A stretch of 45,811 bases of DNA from Octopus bimaculoides (Eukaryota). The translations under genes and the position numbers were made by a program. This document shows, in pieces, positions 35,285 through 45,811 of this stretch. The notes under the pieces are model-generated. The model did no database searches. It was not told the origin of the DNA and worked only from the letters and a program-made list of their open reading frames with translations. The first letter of the stretch is position 1, and the number at the start of each line of letters is the position of its first letter. The DNA lies in the NCBI RefSeq assembly GCF_001194135.2, contig NC_068994.1, positions 8,126,104-8,171,914 on the forward strand. The letters are read 5' to 3'.

Positions 35285-36211
35285 GTGTGTATATATATAC
35301 ATATAGGGAGAGAAAGTGACAGAGCTATATATATATATGTGTGTGTGTGTTTGTTTACAACATAAATAGCTGTATTAGCATTATATATATATATATATAC
35401 ACATACATATATATATATAAAATATATGTATATAATACATATGAATATATATACATACATATACGCGCACATACATATATATATATGTATATATATATAC
35501 GTATGTATATGTAAGCGTGTGTGTGTATAGATCATTATTGTCCTCCCACAACAAGCCACCCCATTCTATGGAATGTTGTCGTCGTGTTCTGGAATTCAAG
35601 ACCGGAACTGGTTAAAAATATGGGAATGTATTGTAAAGGAACGAAATATATAAATAAAATAAATAAAACCCACCATTAAAATAGCCATTAGCCTGGAAAT
35701 TATTAATTCAAATCTACATCAAATACTACTACGACTACTTCTACTACTACTACTTCTACTACTACTTCTACTACTACTACTACAAGATAAAAGGGCATCG
35801 ACTACAATCATGACTACTAATCGCTGTAATAAGATAAAACAATTCCTATAACAATAGCAACAACAACAACGGAAGATGTGAAAAAGACCACCTATTACAG
35901 CATCAACAACATCTACAATTCCCGCTGCTGCTGCTGTTACTACTACTACTACTGCTGCTGCAGCAACTGTAAGGTCAGCAACAAGGTTATGATATTCGGA
36001 ATGAAGGGCTTAGCTTCTCCGAACATGTCAAGCATTGGTTTGCGCAAATATTAAAGATTTCGCAGGATCTTGAAGCAGAAGGAAATGATTTTCAGAAAGT
36101 ATGGGAATTGGAGGGTTGTAGAGCACAGTCAATGGGTGGTGGGTGTGTGAGGTGCACAATCTGCACTACCACATATCCTTATTATACCCATGATGTGTGT
36201 GTGTGTGTGTG

Positions 36212-36302
<91 letters not shown>

Positions 36303-36442
36303 ATTTATGTATGTACGTATACAAGGAATGCTGAAATGTTCCTGGTTTCTAGGGTGACGCGAAAGGCCTTGTCAATCTGAAGGACCATTGCAATAAGTTT
36401 GGATCTCAGAGGGGAATATGTTGAATAAAACCACAATTAATA

Positions 36443-36678
36443 CAGTTCTATATTTAAGAGATGAGGAATTATGTATATTATTTACATTTGACAGACATTT
36501 GTCCTCACCTTGTTTGTTGTTAACAAAACGTTTCGGCTGATATACCCTCCAACCTTTATCAGGTATCTTGCGGAAATTTCGAACCTGGGTTCTCATTCCT
36601 AAGGTATTTTTCGATATTGGTATTATTAATATTTATTATTATTATTACTATTCAGGTCACTGCCTAGAATCGAACTCG
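36443..36678 (-). mobile_element. SINE family F from the B-box to the 3' terminus; hammerhead core mutated (CUGAUAA)
   Basis: Colinear with 42628-42849 and extends to the terminus cttaaatatagaactg shared with 30614. Confidence 0.9.
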
Positions 36679-36679
36679 G

Positions 36680-37384
36680 CACACCCAGCGTCCTAAGGTG
36701 AGTGAAGGACAAGAGATGTTACATTATGACTGAAAGCTTGGGGAGGGGAAGTGACAGGGGCAGTAGCGAAATATCTTCATGTAATACAACACAAACATTT
36801 AAATTGATAGAATATTTTTAAGGATGTGGACAGTACTTGTCTGTATAATCTTTTGGATTTCTCTGAGACCTGGTTCTCCTGGGATATCATCTAGATGTTT
36901 CTGACATTGCTTTCTTTTCATACCTAGGGCACCCATAATAACAGGAACAGTTCTTGCTTTAAGATGCCATATCTTTTGTATTTCAATTTCTAGGACCTAT
37001 TTACTTTGTCAAATTCCTTCACAGATATATTTTTATCAGTGGGAACACTTACATATATTAGTCTACAACTATTTTCTTCCTATCTTTAATGACTATGTCT
37101 GATCGATTAGCCTGGAGCGTTCTGTTGGTGTTGACTGGAAAATCCCAGAGAATAGTTTGCCTTTCTATCTTCACCGACTGGTTCAGGATGATGTTCTTAC
37201 CAGTAAGCAAGAGTGCTGATGTTGTAGTGTCTACATATTTTTCAGTGTAAATACTGTCCTGCCCTATTGTGGCGATTTTTGTATTCGTTTGGTGTCAGCA
37301 CAGGGCATCCCGAGACGAGATGGTCTAATTTTTCGTCAAATGTATCGCGGAATCTGCATTTAGGTTTTCAAGAACGTTAGCCTG
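36680..37384 (-). mobile_element. R4/Dong-clade LINE: CCHC knuckle and restriction-like endonuclease remnant plus 3' UTR
   Basis: CRF(R)..DHLVSGCPVL..YKNRHNRAGQYLH*KICRHY..ILWDFPVNTNRTLQANRSDIVIKDR..LEIEIQKIWHLKARTVPVIMGALG..HILKNILSI with stop at 36801-36799; contains stops and frameshifts. Confidence 0.9.
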
Positions 37385-37623
37385 ATTGTTGTTGTTGTTA
37401 TTATTTTATGTTTGACTTTTGCTTTGCATTTGTCCAAGTTAACTCCAAGTCTCACCCAGAGGCCTCAAGAGACAAGTTAGAAGTTCGTGTTGGTGTTATG
37501 CTTAGGGTACCATATATTTGGTTTTGTACATAGTGTTGTTCTAGAGAATGTTTAAGAAACCATAACAAAATTGTGAGTTTGTTTTAAAATTTGAGATTAC
37601 ATACACAGTATTTTACGTAGGAT
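37385..37623 (-). mobile_element. Second R4/Dong-type 3' end (last codons, 3' UTR, AAT/AAC tail)
   Basis: Minus strand ILRKILCM-stop, UTR, then cataaaaataataacaacaacaatc tail; (ATT)n tract at its 5' junction. Confidence 0.7.
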
Positions 37624-37641
37624 CTATTATTATTATTATTT

Positions 37642-37826
37642 AAGGTGGTGAGCTGGTAGAATCGTTAACGCGCCGGGCAAAATTCTTAGCGGTATTTCGT
37701 CCGTTCTTTTACGTTCCGAGGTCAAATTCCTCCGAGACTGCCTTTGTCTTTTATTCTTTCAGGGTAGTTGAGCACTGGGGTCGATTTAACCAACTAGCCC
37801 TGTGCCAAAATGTGAAACCAATATTT
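37642..37826 (+). mobile_element. SINE family A with an internal deletion
   Basis: aaggtggtgagctggtagaatcgttaacgcgccgggcaaaattcttagcggtatttcgtccg. Confidence 0.85.
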
Positions 37827-38171
37827 ATAAATACTGCTATAAATGCTCATGCATTTAAATTAAGAAATAGTCGTCTTATTTTGCATTCCCAATTAGTCTA
37901 TCCACTCCTTTATTTTCTCTAAAAAATATGTTTTCGTTTCTATTTCTATATTAGTTCTAAGCTAAATGTGGAACTTTCTATTTCTTGCAAACTGAGATTA
38001 GATTTGAAGCACTTTCGTTTTTCTTTTAAGATTTGCTGATACATATTTTGTTCCATCTTCTGATAAAAAGACGATATTTGGTTAGATAGGGTGATACATA
38101 TGCATATCTACCTACATAACTGTCTGTCTATCTGCCTATCTGTTTGTCTATTTATGTTCCTATTTTCCCTC

Positions 38172-38222
<51 letters not shown>

Positions 38223-38454
38223 ACACTCTCTCTGCCCATCTACCTGTCGATCAATCTATCACTGTATATATATATATGGATTTGTCCAGGTTGCCTGTTA
38301 GTGAAGTACAGTTACTGTGGCTACAATTTTAAACTAGCGAAGTAATCCAGTTCAAGTGTTCTATTGGGTTATAGAGGAAAAGAAAAAAGAATATTTTCAT
38401 GATAGTGTGTATTTATTATGACCTAGATAGTGACGTTACCCGACAGGGTGAATA

Positions 38455-38730
38455 ATTTAGAAATCTAGGAGCCGCTATTTCACTGTAATGAAAGCCCGCA
38501 ACTCCGGTACTAAGGACGTGTGGTTAGTTCGTCACAGGGAAAATAATAGCAAGACGGATTCTTCAGGCCGAACCAACTGGCAGAAGACCTAGGGACCGAC
38601 TAAAAGCGAGATGGTCGGAAATATCCATACTCGTAGTCGGTCACGCTTGGGAATCCAACCGGAAAATGTAATGAACGTTGCTTTTAACAGGGCACTACGG
38701 TTAAAGTGTCTGGGATATATACCCTCAAAA
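38455..38730 (+). mobile_element. RTE-clade LINE, C-terminal RT remnant
   Basis: LEI*EPLFHCNESPQLRY*GRV / IARRILQAEPTGRRPRDRLKARW / LGIQPENVMNVAFNR, cf. the RTE pattern QLRWxGHV...GxRxxGRPxxRW...AxDR. Confidence 0.78.
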
Positions 38731-39264
38731 CACATTAAGGAATCGCGTGCAGATAAAATGGATGGATTATTTTTTTCGTTGGGTAGCTCTAGATGATTTT
38801 TCTGTTAATATGTTTATTGTCTTGGTTTAAGACGAAGCGTGGGAATTCACAATTAGTGTGGATATCCTTTAGATTTACTATCAATATAGTGTGAGTCTCC
38901 TTTAAATATAGTATCAATATCACTGCGATGCTCCTCTTTCGAATTTAAAAGTGAATTTGCGATTCTCATAACGGTTCTTAAAGGATCCTTCACAGATACC
39001 TATGAATCATTTGTTGCACTCTAACTCTTTCTGAAAAGAAATCGCGCCAGATCGATAAAACATCACTTCGGCATTTTAGTTATGGTGAAAATGACATAAC
39101 TCAACAATATTTATAGTTGTACAGCTGCTTATCTCGGAGCCGTATCTCTTATCTGTTTTCACATAGTGAATTGCTGCCAAATATCCTTCACAATCACACC
39201 CTAACATAATAATAATAATAAAGAAATATACATTACTGCACTATGTAGACGCTGATGTATTAAA

Positions 39265-39600
39265 CGGCACAATAATGACTACTGCAAAATTTGTTGATAA
39301 AATGTCTGCTCATCCAAGAATGACTTTGGTTAAACAGAATCATCAACAAGTAGGTTCTTGAAAATGATAGAGGTAATCGGAAACGCTGTCGATCTACATT
39401 TTCATTTTTTTCTTTTCTTTTATAGATGCGTCTAAATCTAAGCTAAAATCTCAACATTTAACTTACTTAAATTTCTGGTTAGAGTAATACTAACTTCTAG
39501 TTCTTTAAAAGTACTGATTAAATATTTCCTGATCTTGTTTAATCCTTGTCCGTTAACAATGAAGAGAGCCAAGTCGTCATCATTGTTAAGTCCTATATAT
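39265..39600 (-). mobile_element. Penelope-like reverse transcriptase remnant (catalytic DD motif region and downstream)
   Basis: IGLNNDDDLALFIVNGQGLNKIRKYLISTFKELEVSITLTRNLSKLN, cf. the PLE pattern GLYRDDGLA...RKxxxxxF...I....NLxxVNFLD; further on TSIIFKNL..EQTF. Confidence 0.68.
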
Positions 39601-39619
39601 AAGGTTTTAAACATTGATT

Positions 39620-39840
39620 CGGCTATGGCTGTGTGGTTACGAAACACACTTCGGAATCGTAGGCTGTCGGGTTGAGTGAGTGCCACAGCACGTTATCTTT
39701 GGTGTCTTCTTCTACTGTGGCGTCGAGTCGACCAATGTTTTATGACTGAATTTCGTAGACTGAAACTGTGGAGAAGCCCACCCATTGCATGTGTGCACAC
39801 ATCTTTGTGCTTGGTTTTGTCTCTCACCGTTTGACAACCG
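39620..39840 (+). mobile_element. Old SINE family B copy
   Basis: atggctgtgtggttacgaaac...gtgtcttcttctactgtggcgtcgagtcgaccaatg...gactgaaactgtggagaagccc. Confidence 0.6.
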
Positions 39841-40529
39841 GATGCACGAGTCAAGTACTGAGATCGATGCAATCGATTTACCTACTCACCACGAAATAGA
39901 TGGCCTTGAAACCCGTTTACGGATATGTTTTGATCTCATTCTTCACATGGAAACCCTATAATCTGCCTTAAGGTTTTGAATCTTCTACATGATGTCATCT
40001 GTTTCGTTGCTAACATGCTTCATATAGTTCTTCTTTTGATGGTGAGAAACACTCAAGAGGTCTTCTGAGAAGAAACACAACTTGGGCAAGTGTTTCGGCC
40101 ATTAACATCTTAGAATCTAAGAGGGCCGGCCCGCATCCAAGTCCTGATCCCCTGGGTGTCCTGCTGACACGTTTCAATCACTTGGGTACTGGAGACTTGT
40201 GCATTTAAATCGCCTGCATATTTCTCATCGTTGACTCAAATCTGTGGAATGTTGCGTTCCATTTTCAGAGAGTAACTTTTTGTAAGAATAAGAATTTTCG
40301 ACCCAAGAAGAACAATATAAACCAAGGAATTGTGATTGAAACAATAGATCTGGGAAGCCATTTTTATAGTGTGTAAGTGAAGACACCTCAATATCGTGAC
40401 AAGTTTATTGCATATGTTAATTCAGTTTACTTTCATAGCTACGAAAATATATTCGCGTTCAACACTATTCTATACACGTTTGTTTATAGGTACACACCCC
40501 CATAACAAAACATATACTTAAATGTATAT

Positions 40530-41100
40530 ATATATATATATATATACACACATTTATGTATATATATATACACACACACATTTATGTATATATATGTATA
40601 TATATATATACACACATTTATGTATGTATATATATATATATATATATACACACATTTATGTATATATATATATATACACACATTTATGTATATATATATA
40701 TATTNNNNNNNNNNNNNNNNNNNNNNNNNNNNNNNNNNNNNNNNNNNNNNNNNNNNNNNNNNNNNNNNNNNNNNNNNNNNNNNNNNNNNNNNNNNNNNNN
40801 NNNNNNNNNNNNNNNNNNNNNNNNNNNNNNNNNNNNNNNNNNNNNNNNNNNNNNNNNNNNNNNNNNNNNNNNNNNNNNNNNNTTATGTATATATATATAT
40901 ATATATTTATGTATATATATATATACACACATTTATGTATATATATATATATATTTATGTATATATATATATATACACACATTTATGTATATATATATAT
41001 ATATATTTATGTATATATATATATACACACATTTATGTATATATATATATATACACACATTTATGTATATATATATATATTTATGTATATATACACACGT
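40530..41100. repeat. Minisatellite of atttatg(ta)n(ca)m units spanning a gap
   Basis: Direct reading. Confidence 0.9.
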
Positions 41101-42627
41101 ATATACTGATGTCTGTATGTACATGTGTTTGCATTTTCGTGCGATATTTATGTGGGTGTGTGAGAGTGTTTTAAAGTGAGAAATTGAGTGCACACAGATG
41201 TATGTTCTTATGGTTCGTAAATGGCAAGTGTGTGTGTGTGTGTGTGTATGTATATATATATATATATAAATATATATTCGGGTATATATATATATATATA
41301 TGCATATATATATGCTTGTGTATTTGTGCATGTATATATGTGTGTGTTTATGCACATGTGTGTTTTTGTGTTCGTGTGTGTGTACGTTTAATGCTGGGAA
41401 AATAGGGAAAAACCAAACAATTTAAAGAGTTCTTAATCATTCTTAACGTAACGTGGCAGTATAGTTGCAGACGTTTCACAAAGAAACGTAAAAAGCAGGT
41501 TTAAATAAGTAACCGCCATTCAGTTTAAGAGCAAAATTTCCTCAACATAAAAAAAAAACATTCTTTTTTTTGGAAAACAATAAAAAGAAACGTCAAGAAA
41601 ATGTTTTATGACAAACATCCCAGTGATATACCACATTGTAAGTTATTCAGGAATATGACCTTGTCTAAAGGAAAATAACCAATTACTTAGGAATTTTCGA
41701 AAATGATCCAATGGAAGAAATTATAGTTAAATATTTCAGTTAAATTTTTCTTTCCTTTCTTTCTTTTTTTTTCTTTTTAGAAATTAACCAAAATATTTAA
41801 CAGTAGTTTGCTCGACTGAATTATTTTCGAAAATTCTTAAATAATTGGTTATTTGAAATTGTTGATTTAATCAATAAAGAATTTTGTAGACTTCATAAGC
41901 TTGTTCTTTCAAAAACTAATTTAGTTGTTAGAAGTTAAAATTCTTTTATAATTGGCATGCGGGTGGGGTGATATTCCTTCTTGTTTGTTTGTGTTTATTG
42001 TTTGTTTTTTTCCAGGGTTTTACACCCGTCATTCACATCTGCTGGAAGCTTCAATTCCAAGGTTTTGCGGTCTCTACATTTCTTAGTCTCTTCTGATGTC
42101 TTTAAATCCAGAACTGGATTAATATTCCGCGCCCCATCCCCACCAAATCTTTACCTAAACAAATACTCGTATCCCAAGAATCTACCTCAACCCACATAGA
42201 TTTAGCAAGTTTTCTTTTTATTTCTTTTACTTCTTTCACCTCACCCCCTCATTTTCAGCTGTCTAAGGAAATATTTCTGTCAGCGAGTATTTAAGAAGTT
42301 CGCTTCACAGTCACTCCGTTCCAAATTCGATCTCGATTGCTAAATTAACGATGAGCCATCAAAAGCAGAAAAAGGTAAATTAAGCTTTCCACTACAGTCT
42401 GATATAATTTATACCTGTCTTTTATATAGTAGATGAATATTTTATGCTATGAATTCAAAAAGAAAATCGGCCAACACTTAGAAGCAGTTTTCTAAGTCAT
42501 AAAGGAGGTTTCCCGTTGTTTAAGACATTTTCCTTGCGTTACTTATACACGTCTTGTCCTATCCTTCTTTCAGGGCTGTACGGCTTTTATTTCGTTTGTG
42601 TATTTATATTCGTACCACTACCTGTAT

Positions 42628-42849
42628 CATTATTTACATTTAACGGATATTTGTCCTCATCTTGTTAACACAACGTTTCAGCTGATATACCTTCCAGCCT
42701 TCATCAGGTGTCTAGCGGAAATTTCGAACCTGGGTTCTCATTCCTAAGGTATTTTTCGATGTTGGTATTATTATTCAGGTCACTGCCTGGAATCGAACTC
42801 GGAATCTTGGGGTTAGTAGCCCACACTCTTAACCACTATGCCATATGCG
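42628..42849 (-). mobile_element. SINE family F, most complete copy: tRNA-Arg-like head, (TAA)n linker and hammerhead-bearing body
   Basis: A-box tggcatagtgg, anticodon-like loop ctactaa, aagattccgagttcgattccaggc (B-box), linker, then the body shared with 29660, 30614 and 36443. Confidence 0.92.
42667..42712 (-). ncRNA. Minimal type I hammerhead ribozyme (predicted); cleavage predicted between 42672 and 42671
   Basis: GACAC-CUGAUGA-A-GGCUG(gaagguauau)CAGCU-GAAA-C-GUU-GUGUU: 5-bp stem I, 5-bp stem II, palindromic ACGU stem III; folded by eye, activity untested. Confidence 0.75.
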
Positions 42850-42869
42850 CTGTATATATTCTTTTATTC

Positions 42870-43044
42870 TTTTACTTGTTTGTCATTTTTCACCGCCTTT
42901 AGTCGAGCAAATCGGCCCCCGAACTTATTCTTTGCAAGTCTAGTACTTATTCTATCGGTCTATTTTGCCCAACCGCTAAGTTACGGGGACGTAAACACAC
43001 CAGGATCGGTTGACAAGCGATGTTGGGACACACACACACACACA
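42870..43044 (-). mobile_element. SINE family B 3' part running into a gap
   Basis: cgcctttagtcgagcaaatcg...tacttattctatcggtc...gctaagttacggggacgtaaacacacc. Confidence 0.85.
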
Positions 43045-45150
43045 NNNNNNNNNNNNNNNNNNNNNNNNNNNNNNNNNNNNNNNNNNNNNNNNNNNNNNNN
43101 NNNNNNNNNNNNNNNNNNNNNNNNNNNNNNNNNNNNNNNNNNNNNNNNNNNNNNNNNNNNNNNNNNNNNNNNNNNNNNNNNNNNNNNNNNNNNNNNNNNN
43201 NNNNNNNNNNNNNNNNNNNNNNNNNNNNNNNNNNNNNNNNNNNNNNNNNNNNNNNNNNNNNNNNNNNNNNNNNNNNNNNNNNNNNNNNNNNNNNNNNNNN
43301 NNNNNNNNNNNNNNNNNNNNNNNNNNNNNNNNNNNNNNNNNNNNNNNNNNNNNNNNNNNNNNNNNNNNNNNNNNNNNNNNNNNNNNNNNNNNNNNNNNNN
43401 NNNNNNNNNNNNNNNNNNNNNNNNNNNNNNNNNNNNNNNNNNNNNNNNNNNNNNNNNNNNNNNNNNNNNNNNNNNNNNNNNNNNNNNNNNNNNNNNNNNN
43501 NNNNNNNNNNNNNNNNNNNNNNNNNNNNNNNNNNNNNNNNNNNNNNNNNNNNNNNNNNNNNNNNNNNNNNNNNNNNNNNNNNNNNNNNNNNNNNNNNNNN
43601 NNNNNNNNNNNNNNNNNNNNNNNNNNNNNNNNNNNNNNNNNNNNNNNNNNNNNNNNNNNNNNNNNNNNNNNNNNNNNNNNNNNNNNNNNNNNNNNNNNNN
43701 NNNNNNNNNNNNNNNNNNNNNNNNNNNNNNNNNNNNNNNNNNNNNNNNNNNNNNNNNNNNNNNNNNNNNNNNNNNNNNNNNNNNNNNNNNNNNNNNNNNN
43801 NNNNNNNNNNNNNNNNNNNNNNNNNNNNNNNNNNNNNNNNNNNNNNNNNNNNNNNNNNNNNNNNNNNNNNNNNNNNNNNNNNNNNNNNNNNNNNNNNNNN
43901 NNNNNNNNNNNNNNNNNNNNNNNNNNNNNNNNNNNNNNNNNNNNNNNNNNNNNNNNNNNNNNNNNNNNNNNNNNATATATATATATATATATGTGTATAT
44001 GATTTTAGTACATACAGACGTAATTCCGTCTTAAAAGAGAAAAAAACCCTCAAAAAACAAACGCAAATTGACCTCTTTTTTTTCAGAGGTAATTTCTAGC
44101 TAAGTTTTCTTTTTTTTTTTTTTACCAGTTCCTTCTTGCTCCCCCTCCTACTTTTTCGTTTTTCATAGACATTCCTTATTACGCTTTTTTGAGTCTTAGA
44201 CCACATGTAAGTTGGATGTCGGCAGCTGTCGTCTTCGCTTCTGTGTTTCTTATACCGTTCACGTTTTATTTTTGCAGGAATATTTTTCGCTGTTGGTATT
44301 AATGATGATGATGAAGTGGTGGTGGAGGAGGTAGATGCTTGTTGTTGTTATTATTGTTGTTGTTGCTGCTGCTGCTGCTACTTCGTTTCTTATTTCCAGG
44401 AACAAAGTCACAATAAGCCCCAGTCTTCCTGCATTACACGTTCTTTTCGTCTATTACCGCAATTGCTTTTCGAAAACCAAATGCATTGTATATCGTATTG
44501 GTCCCCTAACAGGTACAAGCATGTCTGTGTGGGAACGAATTTGCTCTCTAACCATATGTCTCCGGGTTCAGATCCCCTGCATTCTATCTCAACAATGGCC
44601 CCAAGACAGAAACAGAAAGGTGTGTGTGTGTGTGCTTATATTCATCCTTTTCCAAAATAACTCCTATATATTGGACTCTACTATTTCGTTCTAGTTTACT
44701 TTCTCATATCGTCTCTGACAAAGGGATATCTCCATTATACCAGAAACAGCTGTAAGACTACTGGTTGGCTGAAATTACTTACACTCGCACACAGACAGTG
44801 TATATGTGTGTAAAATGACAGACAGAATATCCATGAAATAGTGCTATTTCATGTCTTTTGCAATAGCAACTCTTAAGATATTTTTATGATATTATAGGTA
44901 AACGTTTTCCCTAAAGTAGATCGAAATATGATGAGGAAAAGCGGCAAGGCATGCTGTACAATGTGTCTATAATTACAAGTCATAAAGTGTAGAACATGTA
45001 AGATTTAGAGTTGAGATATATTGTCACCGATATCACACAGATTATCTGATAACGAAAATAGTGATTGTCATGTGATACTCAATGACGCGTATGGTTGAGA
45101 AATACAAGATCATGTTCTTAGTATGCCTCTGTTTGTATGCAAGTGTGTGC

Positions 45151-45183
<33 letters not shown>

Positions 45184-45484
45184 ACTGATGGCCTTCAGTT
45201 ATATTGAAGTGATTTCTCGTTCGTTTCTTCCGTAAAGAAAGAGTTCCACTGATTACAAGATCCATTTATTGCCGTCGTCCACGCGGTTTGTAGAAGTTTC
45301 GGCATGCTGTAGGGAATGGCATACTCTCTTGCTGTTATTTCTTTCAGTTCGAAAGTTGAGGTTGTCCTGGGTCACCACTATAGCTTTAGCTAAACCTTCA
45401 TTAATCTTCCTTTAATAGTTGGAATTTGGTAAATGAAGGATCGTTTATTGCTACGTTCTAAGTTCAAACTACGCCGAGGTCTTT

Positions 45485-45675
45485 TACTTCTTTCATGGAC
45501 TGCGGCCATGCTGGGGCTACCACTCGAAGACTTTAATCGCCCCCAGTATTTATTTTTAAACCCCGTACTTACTTTATATTAATCTTTAGCCGACTCGGAA
45601 AGTGACGGAGACATCAACAAACCAACACTGGGTGTCAAGCGATGGCAGGGGATAAACACAAAGACACACACATAT
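45485..45675 (-). mobile_element. Diverged SINE family B 3' part
   Basis: catggactgcggccatgctgggg...acatcaacaaaccaacactgggtgtcaagcgatggcaggggataaacaca. Confidence 0.65.
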
Positions 45676-45811
45676 ATAGCTAAAAATACACATCTTTTAG
45701 GCTAAACTGAAACAGCTGTAAGAGAATATGTTGGATTTTTACAGATAATAAATTATATAAATGCTATATCTCCATTTTCTAAATTTTCCTTATATATATA
45801 TATATATATAT

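Noticed and set aside
35975-36190. Open frame GYDIRNEGLSFSEHVKHWFAQILKISQDLEAEGNDFQK
   Set aside because: It faintly resembles a CR1/L2 RT segment or an exon, but there is no proper acceptor and too little motif support. BLASTx would settle it.
42780-42849. SINE heads as genuine tRNA genes (also 11867, 15824, 29070)
   Set aside because: Acceptor and anticodon stems do not pair fully and each head continues into a repeated SINE body.
1-45811. Long ORFs in the supplied track (for example 4064-4978, 12454-13557, 33366-34160, 42838-44034)
   Set aside because: They are translations of dinucleotide repeats or run through N gaps and give no evidence of coding function.
1-45811. CRISPR arrays, operons, rRNA genes
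   Set aside because: None seen; the recurring sequences are dispersed SINE copies or simple repeats, not repeat-spacer arrays.

Overview
AT-rich, repeat-saturated animal genomic DNA with 11 assembly gaps (about 1503-1849, 4325-4718, 6851-7356, 12637-13297, 14547-14827, 16910-17311, 25582-25605, 27274-27373, 35201-35227, 40705-40882, 43045-43974), nearly all next to microsatellites. The repeat content resembles what I recall of Octopus scaffolds; this is inference and no search was run. No host gene can be named, and almost all supplied ORFs are microsatellite or gap artefacts. Supported content: (i) about 30 copies or fragments of tRNA-headed SINEs in at least six families, labelled A-F here as working names; (ii) LINE remnants, namely two RTE C-termini, four R4/Dong-type restriction-like-endonuclease 3' pieces and one ORF1-like pseudogene; (iii) Penelope-like (PLE) RT and GIY-YIG remnants; (iv) two hAT MITEs with 8-bp TSDs and a pogo/Tigger-like MITE; (v) a 241-bp fold-back; (vi) a few weak exon candidates. 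Main observation: SINE family F (4 copies, near-complete at 42628-42849, minus strand) joins a tRNA-Arg-like Pol III head to a minimal type I hammerhead ribozyme of the PLE kind with a palindromic ACGU stem III. A second, unrelated hammerhead-like motif lies at 26531-26571. All alignments and folds were done by eye, so boundaries are approximate unless TSDs or splice sites are quoted.
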